DNA of 64,000 nt from Chiloscyllium plagiosum. Lineage: Eukaryota. Position 1 is the first letter of the stretch. The number at the start of each line of letters is the position of its first letter. Below the pieces are notes generated by a model that did no database searches, was not told the DNA's origin, and saw nothing but the letters and a program-made list of their open reading frames with translations. Shown here piece after piece: positions 1 through 13,743 of this stretch. Both the position numbers and the translations under genes were made by a program. Location of the stretch: positions 5,306,177 through 5,370,176 of the forward strand of contig NC_057720.1 in the NCBI RefSeq assembly GCF_004010195.1, given 5' to 3'.

Positions 1-562
1 GGAACTATTTGGAGGCCTATAGAAAATCCCCAACAGGGTGACCTCTCCTTTCCTGTTTTTAACCTCAGCTCAAACTACCACTTTGGATGAGTCCTCAAGC
101 GTTATCTCAACTGCTGTAATACTACCCTTGATTAACAATGCTACACCTTCTCCTCTTTTCCCATCTTCTCTGTTCTTCAGGAAACATCTAAATCCCGGAC
201 TCTGCAACAACCATTCCTGTCCCTTCTCTAGCCATGTCTCTGAAATGGCCACAACTTTGAAATCCCAGGTACTAACCCAAGCTACAAGTTCACCCACCTT
301 ATTCCAGATGCTCCTGGCATTGAAGTACACACATTTCAATGCAACATCCTGATTGCCAGTGCCCTCTTGCAACGTTGTAAACCTATCCCTGACCTTATTG
401 CCCTGAACCTCCTGTACACTGGAACTACAATTCAGGGTCCCATCCCCATGCTGCATTAGTTTACAACACCCCCATCCTCGAAAAGCATTAGCAAATTAAG
501 CCCCAGGATATTGGTACCCCTCTGGTTCCATCCTGTTTGTAGAGATCCCACCTTCCCCAGAA
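1..562 (-). mobile_element. CR1 LINE fragment: end of ORF1 and start of ORF2 AP-endonuclease
   Basis: ORF 70..456(-) contains LKCVYFNARSIWNKVGEL..WDFKVVAISETWL and REDGKRGEGVALLIK, typical CR1 endonuclease motifs. Confidence 0.85.
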
Positions 563-564
563 AG

Positions 565-950
565 GCAGGTTAGGCCTTTATTCATTAGAATTCAAAAAAA
601 TGAGTGGCAATCTAGGTACAAGATTCTGATAAGACTTGACAAGGTAGATGTTGAATTTCCCCACAAGCGGGGAAAATCTCAAAGTGGAGGACAAAATAAG
701 GCGATGCTCAGTTAAAACTGGATGTGAAACTGTTTTTGTCTTACCAAGGTTAGTGAATGTCTAGAATTCTCTATCCCAGAGTGTTGTGGAAGTGAGATGA
801 CAAAGTGTTTAAAGTGGGAGATAGATTTTTGTAATATTAGTTAAATTAATAGCTATACTGAGCTTGCACCAAAGATGAGTTGAGGCCTGGGGCAGATCAG
901 TTGTGGTTTTGTCTCATTGCAAGGCAGGCTTGACAGGTCGAATGGTTAGA
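565..950 (+). mobile_element. Old CR1 3' fragment
   Basis: Degenerate similarity to the CR1 C-terminus and tail seen elsewhere in the window (gaattctctatcccagagtgttgtgga...gatagattttt...gcagatcag). Confidence 0.55.
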
Positions 951-3579
951 AGTAAATATGTGCAACATTTGCTTAAACATTTTGTGTGTGTTACTGGTTT
1001 TGGTCTCTCATTGAGTTAAAAGCAGAATATCAAGATGGAAATTGCTTCAAAGACAGGAACTTGGTCAGAACTAAAGCAGAAGTTTAACTCACTGCATAGG
1101 GAATCCAACATGCTGAAAGGAACAAGTTCTCTGACCAGGTGAAACTGATCGAATCAGTCATGGTGGGAATCAGGATTTCTCTGGATAAGCTGCAAACTCT
1201 TCTGCTCAAACGAAAAGCACCACCAATAAGGGTTCTACACTCACTTTAAAGTTTCTCATCTGTTGTATCAATCAATCAAAATTCCAGCATTTGGAATTTT
1301 CTGTTTGATATTCTAAAGTATATCACATTGATATTCTTCAGTTGGTGACCCTCTGACCTGTTCAGCATTATACACCATTTGAAGAAAAAATGGTACTAAG
1401 ACACGATACTGTAATAAATTGTTGACCTGACTATTACAAGTGATTAATTGCTAACCTATTGACTCTGCATCTCTCAGGGCAGAGGAATGATTCAGCTTCC
1501 TGACCATCAGGCAGAGGTATTTACATTCAGGAAAAAAAATCTATAAAAACCCAAAGATGTAACCACAATGGTTTTGACCTGGTATAGCAAACTGATGAAT
1601 TATTAAACAATTATAAAATATTTCTAAACATAACTTCTATTAACATTTAGCAGGGCCAAAGGTAGATCTCAAAGCTGAAGAACTACTTTGTAATTTCAAA
1701 TTTGTATTCAGTCATACAAGGGTTTTTTTTGCATATTCAATCCAGTGTATCATAATTAAATGTGAGCAGCTGATTAACTTTACCTACCATTCTTCCTTGA
1801 CAGAGAACGAATTTGGTTTACAACAATACAGTATTTAAAAACAAAGCTGCACTTACACTGTTCTGGTGTTTTTATATCATTAGCCTCTGAAGAGCAGCTT
1901 TTGGACAGCTGGTGGCAGTATTACAACAAATGCATTATACATGTATTTGCAGAGACAATGTTTTTCTCCCCCTCCCTAAAATAACCTCTGTAATGAAGCT
2001 TACTTTGGCAATGCCATCAAATTGTGTGCGACAGGTTTTAAAACACAGATACAAGCTATAGATGCAGGAAAAAAATCAAAATTGCAATTTGGAAAAATAC
2101 ACACTAGCAAAGCACCAGAAGTTTCATTTTCTGCGCAATATCTTGCATTTCTACTTGATCTAAAAAATTAAATTTAAAGAATGCAGGTATTAAAATACCC
2201 TTTTATACTTGCAGTTGGAAATTTGGTAAGACTGTCCAAAGGTTACACAGGTTTAGCCAGCACTGAGCTTAGATACACAACCAGATCATTGCAAATTCTA
2301 ACTGAAGTCTTTGTTGTTGTAGCTGATCTTATTAGGGTGGCTGCGGCTCCTTTACACAGAATGGGGGCAGCATCCAAGTGCTACCTAGAAACCTCACTTC
2401 AAGAACACATTTTGATGTTAGCAATGAAAGTATGCAGGCTCAGCTGTGTCACCACCTGTGATCAAAGAATCAGTTGAAAATCATAAATATTCCAGGCAGC
2501 TCACAGAAACACTATCAGACAAAAATAGTCACTTATGTTGAGAAGGAACCATTGGAAAGACGGAGCAAAGTCATCAAGGATTTTCTTGGCAGGCCATGGA
2601 AGGAGGAAAGTAATGAGGTAGAAGATGTTTTGGGAGGGAATTTTCTAATTGCAATATGGGGTTGAAGGACTTAAAAACAGGCAAAATTGGAACTGAAGGG
2701 AACAACCCCAAAAACAGTAGACACTCAAGCAATGGTGTGTTATGGCCGAAGACAAATAATAGGATGCTTTTGTCAAGGTGGAAGATGCTACAAGTACAAG
2801 AGTAAAATTATAAAAACAGATCAGAATTCCAAACAAATAGTCAGCCAAGGGATGATGCCCTGAATGCTTCTTAATAGGAGTGGAGGTATGTTTGCATCCA
2901 GAGGACTGCAACTATTCAAGCTGGGAGTGAACAGCCACCTTCTGCAAAGCAATTCTGACCTGGCCAACGACACCCAAATCCCATGAATGAACACAAAAAA
3001 GATGATATGCAAAGGTGACTTGCTGTCAAATACGATACTGGCAAGTTTTGGAGACAGTTTAAATGAAAGAACAAGATGACAACCTGCAATGGTCACATCT
3101 GTCACACCACCAAATTCATTTCAATTTATCTGCAATATTTTGGTCTGTTACAATCCCAATCTTCTTAATCAGTTTCAGCGCAATCATGAAATTGTCAGCC
3201 AAGAACAGTTTCCCTTTACTACTGTTCTGGACAAGTTTCAATACAAAATTAGTAAAGAAGCTGTTTGAAATCTAAAATCCCAAATGATAGATACCAAGGG
3301 CAGTAAAATAACAATGAATAACTATGAAGTGAAGCATTGGATTGCAAACATTAAATAAAGGCAGTACATATGCATAAACTGGACTTCTGACTTGGTTCAG
3401 ATTCTTTTGGGGTTGGGGGCAGGAGATGGTTGTGTTTGGCTATTTGATTTCAATGGGAATCCATACCCACCGTGCACAAAAACCTTATGGCTGCGATTTA
3501 TGTTTTATTGAGGAATGATGTAGCACAAGTCGTTAAGTCCACTGTGCCTGCAATGGTTTAAAACCACAATTTTTCCAAA

Positions 3580-4180
3580 ACTATTTCTGTTTTTTCTCAA
3601 GGCCCCCAAATTTTTTCCTCTTCAAGTATTTATCCAATTTCCTTTTCAATGTTATGACTGAATCAGTTTTTAAACCACTCTTTCTGGCAGTGAATTTCAT
3701 AGAAAGTAGGAGTAGGCCATTCAACCCTTCGAGCCTGCTCTGCCATTCAATATGATCGTGGCTGATCATCTAACTGAATACTGTACTGTGTTCCCATTTC
3801 CTCACACTATATCTATAGTTATAACTAAGAACTCACCATTTCCTCATACTATAACTAAGAACTATAACTCCTTTTTGAAAACATTCAAGATTTTGGCCTC
3901 TACCGCTTTCTGTGGCAGACAGTTTGTTAGGCTCACCACTCTCTGTGTGAAGAAAATTTCTCATGTCAGCCCTGGATGACACATCCCATATCTTTGGACA
4001 GATCCCTGGTTCTGGACTGTCCAATCATCAGGAACATCCTTACTGCATTTATCGTGTCAAGTTCTGAGAGAATTTTATGGGTTTCTAAGAGGTTGTGAGA
4101 ATTTTATACATTTGAGATCCTCCCTCATTCTTCTAAACTCCATTGAATATAATCCTAACTGATCCAGTCGCTCTTTCTAC
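3580..4180 (-). mobile_element. CR1 3' tail fragments
   Basis: gtaggagtaggccattcaacccttcgagcctgctctgccattc is the reverse complement of the tail at 45850-45928. Degenerate RT C-terminal sequence follows. Confidence 0.65.
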
Positions 4181-4636
4181 ATCAGTTGGCAATAATAAAT
4201 ATTGCCTTGACTTTTTATCTTGCAAGAATAACAAACCCACTTTTTCTTCTCTTACCATGCAAGAAATTCAACATCTTGGGCACCAGACTATAAATTTCCT
4301 CTGCACCCTAAGACCTTGCCCAACATCCTTCATAACTAAACATCAGCTGGAGTCAAAACCTACGTTGGAGGATAAGAGTTTGAGAAAGTCAGGATCGAGC
4401 TAACTGTTCATACCAAATTGTTCAATGTCCTTTCACAGGGTCAAGTAAGCCAAATGAGCTAGCTTTCACATGCAGAGTTGAGAGATTGGTCAGCCAAGTG
4501 TTCTGTTGGGCACATCATTAGGTATTAAAATCTTGCTCATCTCACTTGAATCCCTGATGAGGGGAAATTTCAGACTTTTATTCCGAGATGTAATGTTTTA
4601 CGAAACAAACCACTGCAGAGGGAGATCTAAATGAAA

Positions 4637-4822
4637 GACAAATTGCTGGTGAAATTCAGCAAGTCTGGCAGCATCTGTGAGAAGAAAGCAGAGTTAACAT
4701 TTAAAATCTAGTGACTCTATCAAAACTTCACCAGTCCTGAAGGACCACTGAATCCAAAAGATTAACTCTGCTTTCTTCCCACAGATGCTGCCAGACCTGC
4801 TGACTTTTGCCAGCAATTGTCT
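4637..4822. repeat. Palindromic short element (old PLE/hammerhead-type family, ribozyme core decayed)
   Basis: The left arm gacaaattgctgg..cagcaagtctggcagcatctgtg..gaaagcagagttaa is the inverse of the right arm ttaactctgctttc..cacagatgctgccagacctgctg..ccagcaattgtc. Confidence 0.7.
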
Positions 4823-5169
4823 TTATAACATTTTATATAAGCTTAATAAAAATTCACATCAAGGTCAAAGGTCATTTACAATATAAAGAGACTTCTTTGG
4901 ACAACACTGCAGAAAATTCTAACAGGCTGGATACATGAGAAGATTGTGATAAAGAAGCACTGATGCCATCAAGAGTGGATTTAAAGCTATGAAGTCATAA
5001 TTCCCTCTATTTTACCAGGTCAAAATCGACAACTGCATCTGCAGAACTAAAAATCGCTTTCACATTTGACTACTTTGTGGCTTTGGTCTAAGATCTTTAT
5101 GGGGCTCAGTGTCATTAAATATATAAAAAGGAAGCAAGAGGTTGAAGTAACAAACTGCTTCTAAAAAGA

Positions 5170-7700
5170 AACTGGGGAGGCAGTTTTGGGAAAAAAGGAA
5201 ATGGCAGAGGAATTAAACATATTTTTCATTAGTCTTAATGGTGAAAGATACTTTGAACATTCCATTAATAAGAATGAATATGGGGGAGGAATTAAATACC
5301 ACTAACATCACTAAAGAAGCAGCATTAGAAAAGTTAATGGGGCTAAAGGTAGATACCTCCCTGGCCTTGATGGCTTATATCCTAAGAGTTAGCTAGAGAT
5401 GCATTGGCTGTAGTTTTCCAAAATCTTTGGACCCTGGAAAAGTACCAGAGAATTAGAAAAAGGCTGATTTAACACCTCCATCCAAAAAGGTAGGGATGCA
5501 AAAAAGGTAAGTTTAGACCAATTAATTTAACATCTATTATTAGAAAAAACATGAGAGACAGATATGGAATTAAATAATAGCAGAACATTTGGAAAATCAA
5601 GAAGAATTAGCGTGACTAACTTATTACAGTTTTGCAACAAAGGCTTAACCAGAGTGGATAAAGAAGTAGATGTGTTGTGTTTAGACAGAAGTCATGAGGT
5701 AAGGCACCTCACAAAAGGTTAAGTCATAAGACAAAAGCTCAGTGTTGGAGGTAGTGTTCCGGCATAAATAGAGAACTGGCTAATGGGCAGGAAATAGCCA
5801 TTTGGGATAAGGGGTTCTTTTTCAAGTTGGTGACCCATGACAGTGGTGTTTCACAGGGATCAATGTACAATAACCAAAATTGCAGACACACAAATAGATG
5901 GAACAGCAGGTTGTGAGAGGGATATAAACAATATAGAGAGAAATATTCATAGGTTAATTAAATAGATAAAATGTTGAAAAATATAAGAAAGGAAAATGCA
6001 AGGTTATTCATTTTGGAAGGGAGAACAAAACAACAAATTATTATTTAAATGGAGCAAACTGCAGAAAGCTGCAACACAGAGACTTGGGGATATTTGTACA
6101 CAAAAAATAGCAAGCCAGCACACAGATGCAGCAAGTAATCAGGCAGGTTGGGGAAAAAGTAGTAGGGAAGTCTTACTGCAATGTTACAAGGTGCTGGTGA
6201 GACCATACAGAGAATACTACGAGCAGTTCTGGTCCCCTTAAGAAAAGATAACATTTCATTGGAGGCAGATCAGGTAAATGTTCATTAGGGTGATCCCTGC
6301 TATGGAGGGATCTTTTGAGCAAAAACTAAACAGGTTGGGACTCTACTCATGAGTTTAGAAGAACGAGGGATGACCTCATTGAAACATGTAGGATTCTTAA
6401 GGGGCTTGACAGGTTAAATGCTGAGAGGATGCTTCCCCTCACGGGAGAGTATAGGACCAGAGGGCATTGGCTCAGCATAAAGGGGCACCTACTTTAAGAA
6501 TCAGATCAGAAGGAATTTCATCCCTCGGAGGGTTGAGTGCCCCTGGAGGTCCTTGTCACACCAAACTGCGGGAGCTGAGTTAGACTCAGATGTACGGCAC
6601 GGAAACAGACTCTTCGGTCCAATCTGCCCATGCCGACCAGACATCCCAACCCAATCTAGTCCCACCTGCCAGCACCCGGCCTATATCCCTCCAAACCCTT
6701 CCCATTCATATACCCATCTAAATGCCTCTTAAATGTTGCAATTGTACCAGCCTCCAACACATCCTCTGGCAGCTCATTCCATACACGTACCACCCTCTGT
6801 GTGAAAAAGTTGCCCCTTAGGTCCCTTTTATATCTTTCCCTTCTCACCCTAAACCTATGCCCTCTAGTTCTGCACCCCCCAACCCCAGGGAAAAGACTCT
6901 GCCTACTTACCCTATCCATGTCCCTCATAATTTTGTAAACCTCTATCAGGTCACCCCTCAGCCTCCAACACTCCAGGGAAAACAGCCCCAGCCTGTTCAA
7001 CCTCTCCCTATAGCTCAGATCCTCCAACCCTGGCAACATCCTTGTAAATCTTTTCTGAACCCTTTCAGGTTTCACAACATCTTTCCGGTAGGAAAGAGAC
7101 CAGAATTGCACGCAATATTCCAAAAGTGGCCTAACCAATGTCCTCTACAGACGCAACATGACCTCCCAACTCCAGTACTCAATACTCTGACCAATAAAGG
7201 AAAGCATACCAAATGCCTTCTTCACTATCCTATCTACCTGTGACTTCACTTTCAAGGAGTTATGAACCTGCACTTCAAGGTCTCTTTGTTCAGCAACACT
7301 CCCTAGGACCTTACCATTAAGTGTATAAGTCCTGCTAAGATTTGCTTTCCCAAAATGCAGCACCTCACATTTATCTGAATTAAACCCCATCTGCCACCTC
7401 TCAGCCTATTGGCCCATCTGGTCAAGATCCTGTTGTAATCCGAGGTAACCACCTTTGCTGTCCACTGCACCTCCAATTTTGGTGTCATCTGCAAACTTAC
7501 TTACTGTACCTCTTATGCTTGCATCCAAATCATTTATGTAAATGATCTGCGTTTATTTAAGGCTGAGATAGATAGATTCTTGATCACTTGGGGAAATCAA
7601 GGATTACGGGGTAAAAGGGCAGGAAACTGGACACATGTTGGATCAGTCATGATCCCATTGAACGGCAGAGCAGGCTTGAAAACTCCTGTTTCTTATGGTA
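5170..7700 (+). mobile_element. Old CR1 ORF2/3' end, interrupted by a younger CR1 at ~6581-7545
   Basis: Contains the frame-broken RT motif SREVLLQCYKVLVRPYREYYEQFWSP (ORF 5996..6241). The tail resumes after 7546 (tttaaggctgagatagatagattcttg). Confidence 0.75.
6581..7545 (-). mobile_element. Young 5'-truncated CR1 (HER1-like) LINE
   Basis: ORFs 7145..7390(-) and 6656..7138(-) contain FNSDKCEVLHFG, RPLLEYCVQFWS, RLRGDLIEVYKIM, FFTQRVVRVWNELP. The 3' tail is intact. Confidence 0.92.
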
Positions 7701-10574
7701 GATTAAACTGTTTTGTTACGTTAAAGGTGAAATAGAAATATTAACTAAAACAGCTTCTGGGAGCCATCTTGGATGCAAAGTTGAAGAATAATACCTTGAA
7801 ACATAATTTTCGAAACTGTTTGTTACAATCTAGTCCTAGTCGGCAGAAACAGGCCACAACTGCTTTGTCCAGAAAAAAAAAGCAGTGTTTACTGGTAATG
7901 TAGAATATCCTGTAACCTAGATACATCGGAAAAATAATTTAAACAAGCAAGCCAAAAGATTATATTAATAACCAGCATACTAACGTTGCCAGGAGTCCCT
8001 GTTTAAAAATAGTGCCCTTGAGTGCATTTAAAAAACATAACATAATTAACTGACCTACACATTTGAAGGCTTAAAGTGTAGGGTAAACTGAAATGCCTGC
8101 ATGTGGTATCTATGGTTATGAAATATTAACAATTCTACAATTCATGTTGTGTATCTTCACACTAACCCGCTGGAGCTTCAAATTCAGATTGGTTTCTCTT
8201 GATGAATAACTGGTGACTTGATCAGGAGAATGCCTAAATTCCAATTGCATTACCACGTACAAGGAAATATATACATTTTAAATTTGAGTACAGGTGACAC
8301 ACAAAAGAAAGTATTCCTTTGTTAATGGTCATTATCATTAAATGAGCAGTAAAATTACTTGCAAACTGGAGATCTTCATTTTGAAGAGGATCTTTAAAAA
8401 ACTTCCATAATGGAAGATTCGAACATCTTTCTCATAACTGCAAGCGAGATAGAAGATTGGAACATCTCTCATGATATCCTGCCTCTTACTGATACAATAC
8501 TCCTCCTAATAAAGCCTTCTTCTGCCTCTCATGTACATAACTTATTATTGTCTTACCAACAATGTTTCTGTTTTGAAATAATTATTAAATAATGGTCTCA
8601 AATTGAAGATTTCCTCTGCAGTATATATTAAGATTAAGTTAATAATGCTAGTTTGAAATAAATTTTCCTGATTCTGCCTTTCCTCAGCTTCCAAGCCCAG
8701 AACCACGTTGTACCCCTCTGAGGAGAGATTCAATTGACATCTGGGCCTAATATCAATTGCTTCTTTGTCAGATCCTGACTTGGACCTACGTCTAACTGCT
8801 TTAGTGGAACTCTCGAATCCTCACATTATGCTCTGTACCACTCCCCCAGTTTTTGGATGATACAAAAAAGCTGCTGTACCGCTAGGATTTATGCTGTCTC
8901 TGCTGCGAGAAGTGCTGGCTGGCTTCATGTTCCTGGTTTAATATAGTTACAGTCTTAAAGAGGTGGTTCTTTCTTTTATGCAGAATTTTATCCTCTTCAA
9001 ATACATTGTACTGTTGAATCTGACATCTTCACCAGTCATCACTGCTGGCATTATGTTGTGGAAGATGTACACAACTGGCAATGGTCCTGCTGGGATGTTC
9101 TTTGGGTTGATTTGCTTTCGCCATCTCTCAATACTGGTAAACCTTGAAGACTAATATTAAGTGAAGGGTTAACCACTGAAGTCTTAAGAGGCACAAACTT
9201 GAGAAGAAGAAATAATTTACTTTACATTACTTAGGCACCAGGTTACTTTAGCTTAAAACTGGTTAACTACATTAATATTAGGTAAGAGACATTGTTCTCT
9301 CCGAGTAGTAACAAAGTCTCTGCTACATGGTGTAGGCTGTAGAACTGACTAACTACTTAGATTCAACCAGCTCCTCGAGAGACAGTCATGTCATTTACAC
9401 AGCAATGGACACAGCCATTCCAAAATCTTGTATGTTAACTTTTTCAGGTCAACTACCTTGTACAATAGTTGATATCATCTGGCAGATGTGAACATTTTAC
9501 ATTTATACAGCATTTTCAAGTTAAGCAGGTCCTACAACACTTTGCAAAGTTTGCTCAATGTAAGGCCACATCTGGAGTACTTTGTTCAGTTCTGGTCTCC
9601 ACATATCAGAAGAGATGAGCAATGATTCAAAGTCCAAATGACAATTACATTGTCAATTCCTGAAGGGGCGGTGGTATAGACAATTCAAAACACAAAGGAT
9701 GGATAAGAATTGAGGGCCGAAGTGTCTGTACTGGGTGACAAGGAATGGGTAGGAAAAAGCTGGTGAGACTGCTGAGGATTTTGGGGGAGGAGGGTGGCGA
9801 TTGGACATACAAATGATCTGGCAATGGGTTGGAAGAGTTGGGAAAGAGAGGGTGCAAGGGGGTGAGAACACAGAAGGCTGCAAGGATGAAGAGGAGAAAG
9901 GAAAGTTGCAAGAGGGTGGAGGAGAAAGGAAGAGATAAAAGAGAGAGACTGAAAAGCAACCAGAACAATTCTTAAATCTACTGATAAAGAAAAACTGACC
10001 AGGAGGTTGAAAAACTTGAAATCACTGATATAGTGAAATCCTTGCAGATAAATGGGAATCTCTAACTTAAGGGTGCATTTATTCAGAAGCTACAATATGG
10101 GAAAACACAGCAGCAATTGTTAAATTTAAATGTGAGGTTGAGATTAGAGTTAAAAAGGTACAAACTGCCTGGTTAAAATCATCCAGCTTTGTAAAGATGG
10201 AATGAAAACGCATCAGCTGTGACCTCAATCTGAAATGTGCTTAAAGCAATAGCTTTTAAATATGTACTGGTTATTTTGAAAAATTAACTCATATCTGTTG
10301 GCTTATGCCAATTTATAAATATGGTGTCTCGAGAAAACCAATAATTTCCTAGCATAATGACTTTAAATTCAATGAACAGTTGATAATTGCAGAGGGGAAT
10401 TTTTCTACCTAGTCCAAAATATACCTTTAAAAATCAACACAAATGATGGAGGCAATGTATCCACATGACTGTATCCATAAAGCAGTTACCAAGAATGATA
10501 AATTAGCCCAAAAACAAAAATGAATCCGAAAACAGCGTTGTCAAATAAAACAAAATGGTGCCCTAACACCTTTC

Positions 10575-11880
10575 ATTCCCAAGTGCTTTACAGCAAATGA
10601 AATACTTTTGGATGAAACACAAATTTTCAGTCCACTACATGGATGATACCTTGGTCATCACCAAATGAAACAAATCAGAGGAAACCCGTAACACCATCAA
10701 TAATATCCTTACTGGCATAAAATTCACAAAAGAGGAGATCAAAAACAAACTGCCATTCCTATGTCACAGCAGAACAATCAACAGGGAACTTCAAACTTGC
10801 ATCAACAGGAAACCACCACACATGGACCAAATACTTAACTACAGAAGCAATCATCCCAACACCCACAAATAAAGCTGCATTAAGACACTATTTCAATGAT
10901 CCACCAGACTGCAGCACCAAGGAACTTTGAAGAGCATAAGAGAAATACCTAAACATCGTATTCATGAAGAATGGGTACCAAATAAACAGTCCACCGAATT
11001 CTCAGCAACAAACCCAAACAAGCAGACAACACGCCCAGAAACCCAACATTATCCTACAAAGACATCTCTGAAATGACTTCCAGACTACTCAGACCAACTG
11101 TAACAAATACTACATTGGACAGACAGGCAGAAAACTAGCTACCAGAATACATGAACATCAAACTAGCCACAAAAAGACATAGCCCACTTTCACTAGTATC
11201 CTTTCATACAGGCAAAGGACATCACTTTGCCTGGGACAACATTTCCAACCTTGGACAAGCCAAACAGAGACATGCACAAGAATTCCTTGAAATATGGCAT
11301 TTCAAATGTAACTCCAACAATAAACACATTAACTTGGATCCTAACTACCATCCTCTGAGAAAAATGACCAGAAATGATATCACCCACCCAAAGAAACCAG
11401 AACACAAACAGAAAGCAGGACATACTGCCAGCGCTTCACTGGAGGCACACTGAGATGTTACCTAGGACGGTGATGGAACATCTGAAAACAAACCTTCCAG
11501 CTCAGCAAGCAAGCTTACATCCAGAACTGCAACCTGAGCTACAAACCTTTCCAAAAATCATTAACTCTTGAATTGTATTTACAGTTTTGAAACAGAAACC
11601 ATGGCAGCCAATTTGTGTAAAGCAAAGTTTCCACAAGCTGCAATGAGATAATGACTGTTTTAAAACAACAAAATGATGGTCAAAAGACAACTACTGGCCC
11701 TGCACTTTTTAAAAAAAGTTCTCATTAAATCTTTGAGCGATTTGAAGGCAAACAGGATCTCAATTTAACATTAATTCAAAAGATAGCAGTCCTATAGGTA
11801 AGGCAGTGAAGTATCAGCTTAGATTTTGTAGTCATCTCTCAAATGGGGCTAAAACACAATCTCCTGACTCAGAGTGCTGC
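10575..11880 (-). mobile_element. DeuSINE (SacSINE1/AmnSINE1-like), split by a Penelope insertion
   Basis: The tail cccaagtgctttacagcaaatgaaatacttttg at ~10578-10610 resumes at ~11570 with ggcagccaatttgtgtaaagcaaag..caatgagataatgac. This is the reverse complement of the element at 44790-45150. Confidence 0.65.
10620..11568 (+). mobile_element. Penelope-like element, 5'-truncated (RT C-terminus, GIY-YIG endonuclease, terminal repeat)
   Basis: tacatggatgatacc encodes YMDD and tacattggacagacaggcagaaaa encodes YIGQTGRK. ORF 11151..11453 reads LATKRHSPLSLVS.HT..GHHFAWDN. A decayed hammerhead-like stretch lies at ~11450-11482. Confidence 0.85.
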
Positions 11881-12852
11881 CCCCTGTGCAGCAGTGAAAA
11901 AGGTGAAGAATACAGCACATTGATCCAGCAGGAAACATGAAATTGGAGGGGCGGGGGCTGAAGATGAAATGCAATAGTCTTGGATACATACAACTGCTAG
12001 GCTTAAGATCAGAGAAAATGCAAAGAATAAAGTTCTGCTGGCTCAGCACGGATGTCTATCCACGTGAATTGATGAGCATGTATCTAAGAATTTAAGTGTT
12101 AGTGTTCAGCTGAAATTAATAAGGGCAAAACTAATACTGGATGTCAAACCTGTATCTGAGAGGTTGGCTGTGGTGGTGGTGGGCAGATAGAGTTCAGAAA
12201 CCAATATCATCAGAACATATGCAGAAACCAAATCCATGTTTGCTGATGCTGCGGGGTAGTGTGGTTATTTGGGGGAGCGAAGGGTTCTGGTTTGCTTAGT
12301 TGGCCAGGTGACTATCACTTCATTCAGAATCCCATCAGTGTGTTTGATCCCTATGAGGTAGACACAGGCTGCTTCTTCAACTTGCAGTAAAATCAAGACA
12401 AGTCTTCACTCAGCAACCCTTAAATATTTAGGGAGAGGGAGAGAGAAATGTTATGTGGAAAAGCAGCATCAAGCTGTCACACCAGGTAAGATTGTCTAAG
12501 ACTGGAAATTGCAAGGATTGCACTGGACCATTTAGGGATGGAACCAAAAAAAGATAACTACAGTAAAGTCCTGCCATTCATGTCCTAACCATTTGTGAAG
12601 TCATTTCTCTGCATAAAGTACTTTTTCACTCACTACAACAGTGATCAATTATCTGAACATTTTAGGCACCCCAAAAATGTGAAGACAGTCAAGGAAACAA
12701 ATCATTAAAAAAGTAATGAAAAAAATTATGAAACACATACAGCAACGACATATTGAGCTGGATTTTCAGAGAAGTGATTATCTTATAAACTTGACACACT
12801 ACCCTCTTTTTTCATAAAGGGAAGGAGACGCCAATTGGAGCTCCTTCAGATA

Positions 12853-13497
12853 TTTGAAGGCAGCGTTTGGTATGCTTTCCTTTATTGGTCAGAGTATTGA
12901 GTACAGGAGTTGGGAGGTCATGTTGCAGCTGTACAGGACATTGGTTAGGCCACCGTTGGAATATTACATGCAATTCTGGTCTCCTTCCTATCAGAAAGAT
13001 GTTGTGAAACTTGAAAGGGTTCAGAAAAGATTTACAAGGATGTTGCCAGGGTTGGAGGAATTGAGCGAAAGGGAAAGGCTGGGGCTGTTTTCCCTGGAGT
13101 GTCGGAGGCTGAGGGGTGACCATATAGAGGTTTACAAAATTATGAGGGGCATGGATAGGGTAAATAGACAAAGTCTTTTCCCTGGGGTCGGGGAGTCCAG
13201 AACTAGAGGGCATAGGTTTAGGGTGAGAGGGGAAAGATATAAAAGAGAGACTTAAAGGGCAACTTTTTCACACAGAGGGTTGTACGTGTTTAGAATGAGC
13301 TGCCAGAGGAAGAGGTGGACGCTGGCACAACTGCAACATTTAAAAGACATTTGGATGGGTATATGAATGGGAAGGGTTTGGAGGGATATGGGCCAGGTGC
13401 TGGCAGATGGGACTACATTGGGTTGGGATATCTGGTTGGCACGGACAGGTTGGACCAAAGGGTCTGTTTCCATGCTGTACATCTCTATGACTCTATA
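12853..13497 (+). mobile_element. CR1 LINE 3' fragment
   Basis: ORFs 12854..13255 and 13315..13521 encode the CR1 RT C-terminus; tail ctgtacatctctatgactctat. Confidence 0.92.
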
Positions 13498-13743
13498 TGT
13501 GGAGCCATACGTCCATTCTGACCGCTCCCCCATAACAATAAACAGTCTACTGAAGGCAAATCACATCACCTTTTCACAGCAATCAGCTGCTGAACACTGA
13601 AATTTAAAGGTCTGGAATCACAGACAACTACTTTGACAGTTACCGTTAAACAAGTACGTTCGGCAACTTAGCAGGGTGCTGGAGGAACAGTGCACCATAT
13701 GTGTCAGGTCATAGACTGATGGTCTTATATGGTCTGGTGGAGA

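Noticed and set aside
1780..2020. Possible PRKACB mini-exons or C-beta-2-like exon (donor-like gtaagt, SCSSE and ALQRL peptides)
   Set aside because: I found no combination of ATG or acceptor and donor that keeps phase 1 without a stop, and the similarity is too short.
8150..9200. Possible very old LINE ORF1/esterase relic on the minus strand
   Set aside because: Only vague motif echoes; I could not support a call by eye.
9690..9965. Purine-rich stretch giving a hydrophobic 107-aa minus ORF
   Set aside because: This is a low-complexity composition effect with no recognisable domain or splice structure.
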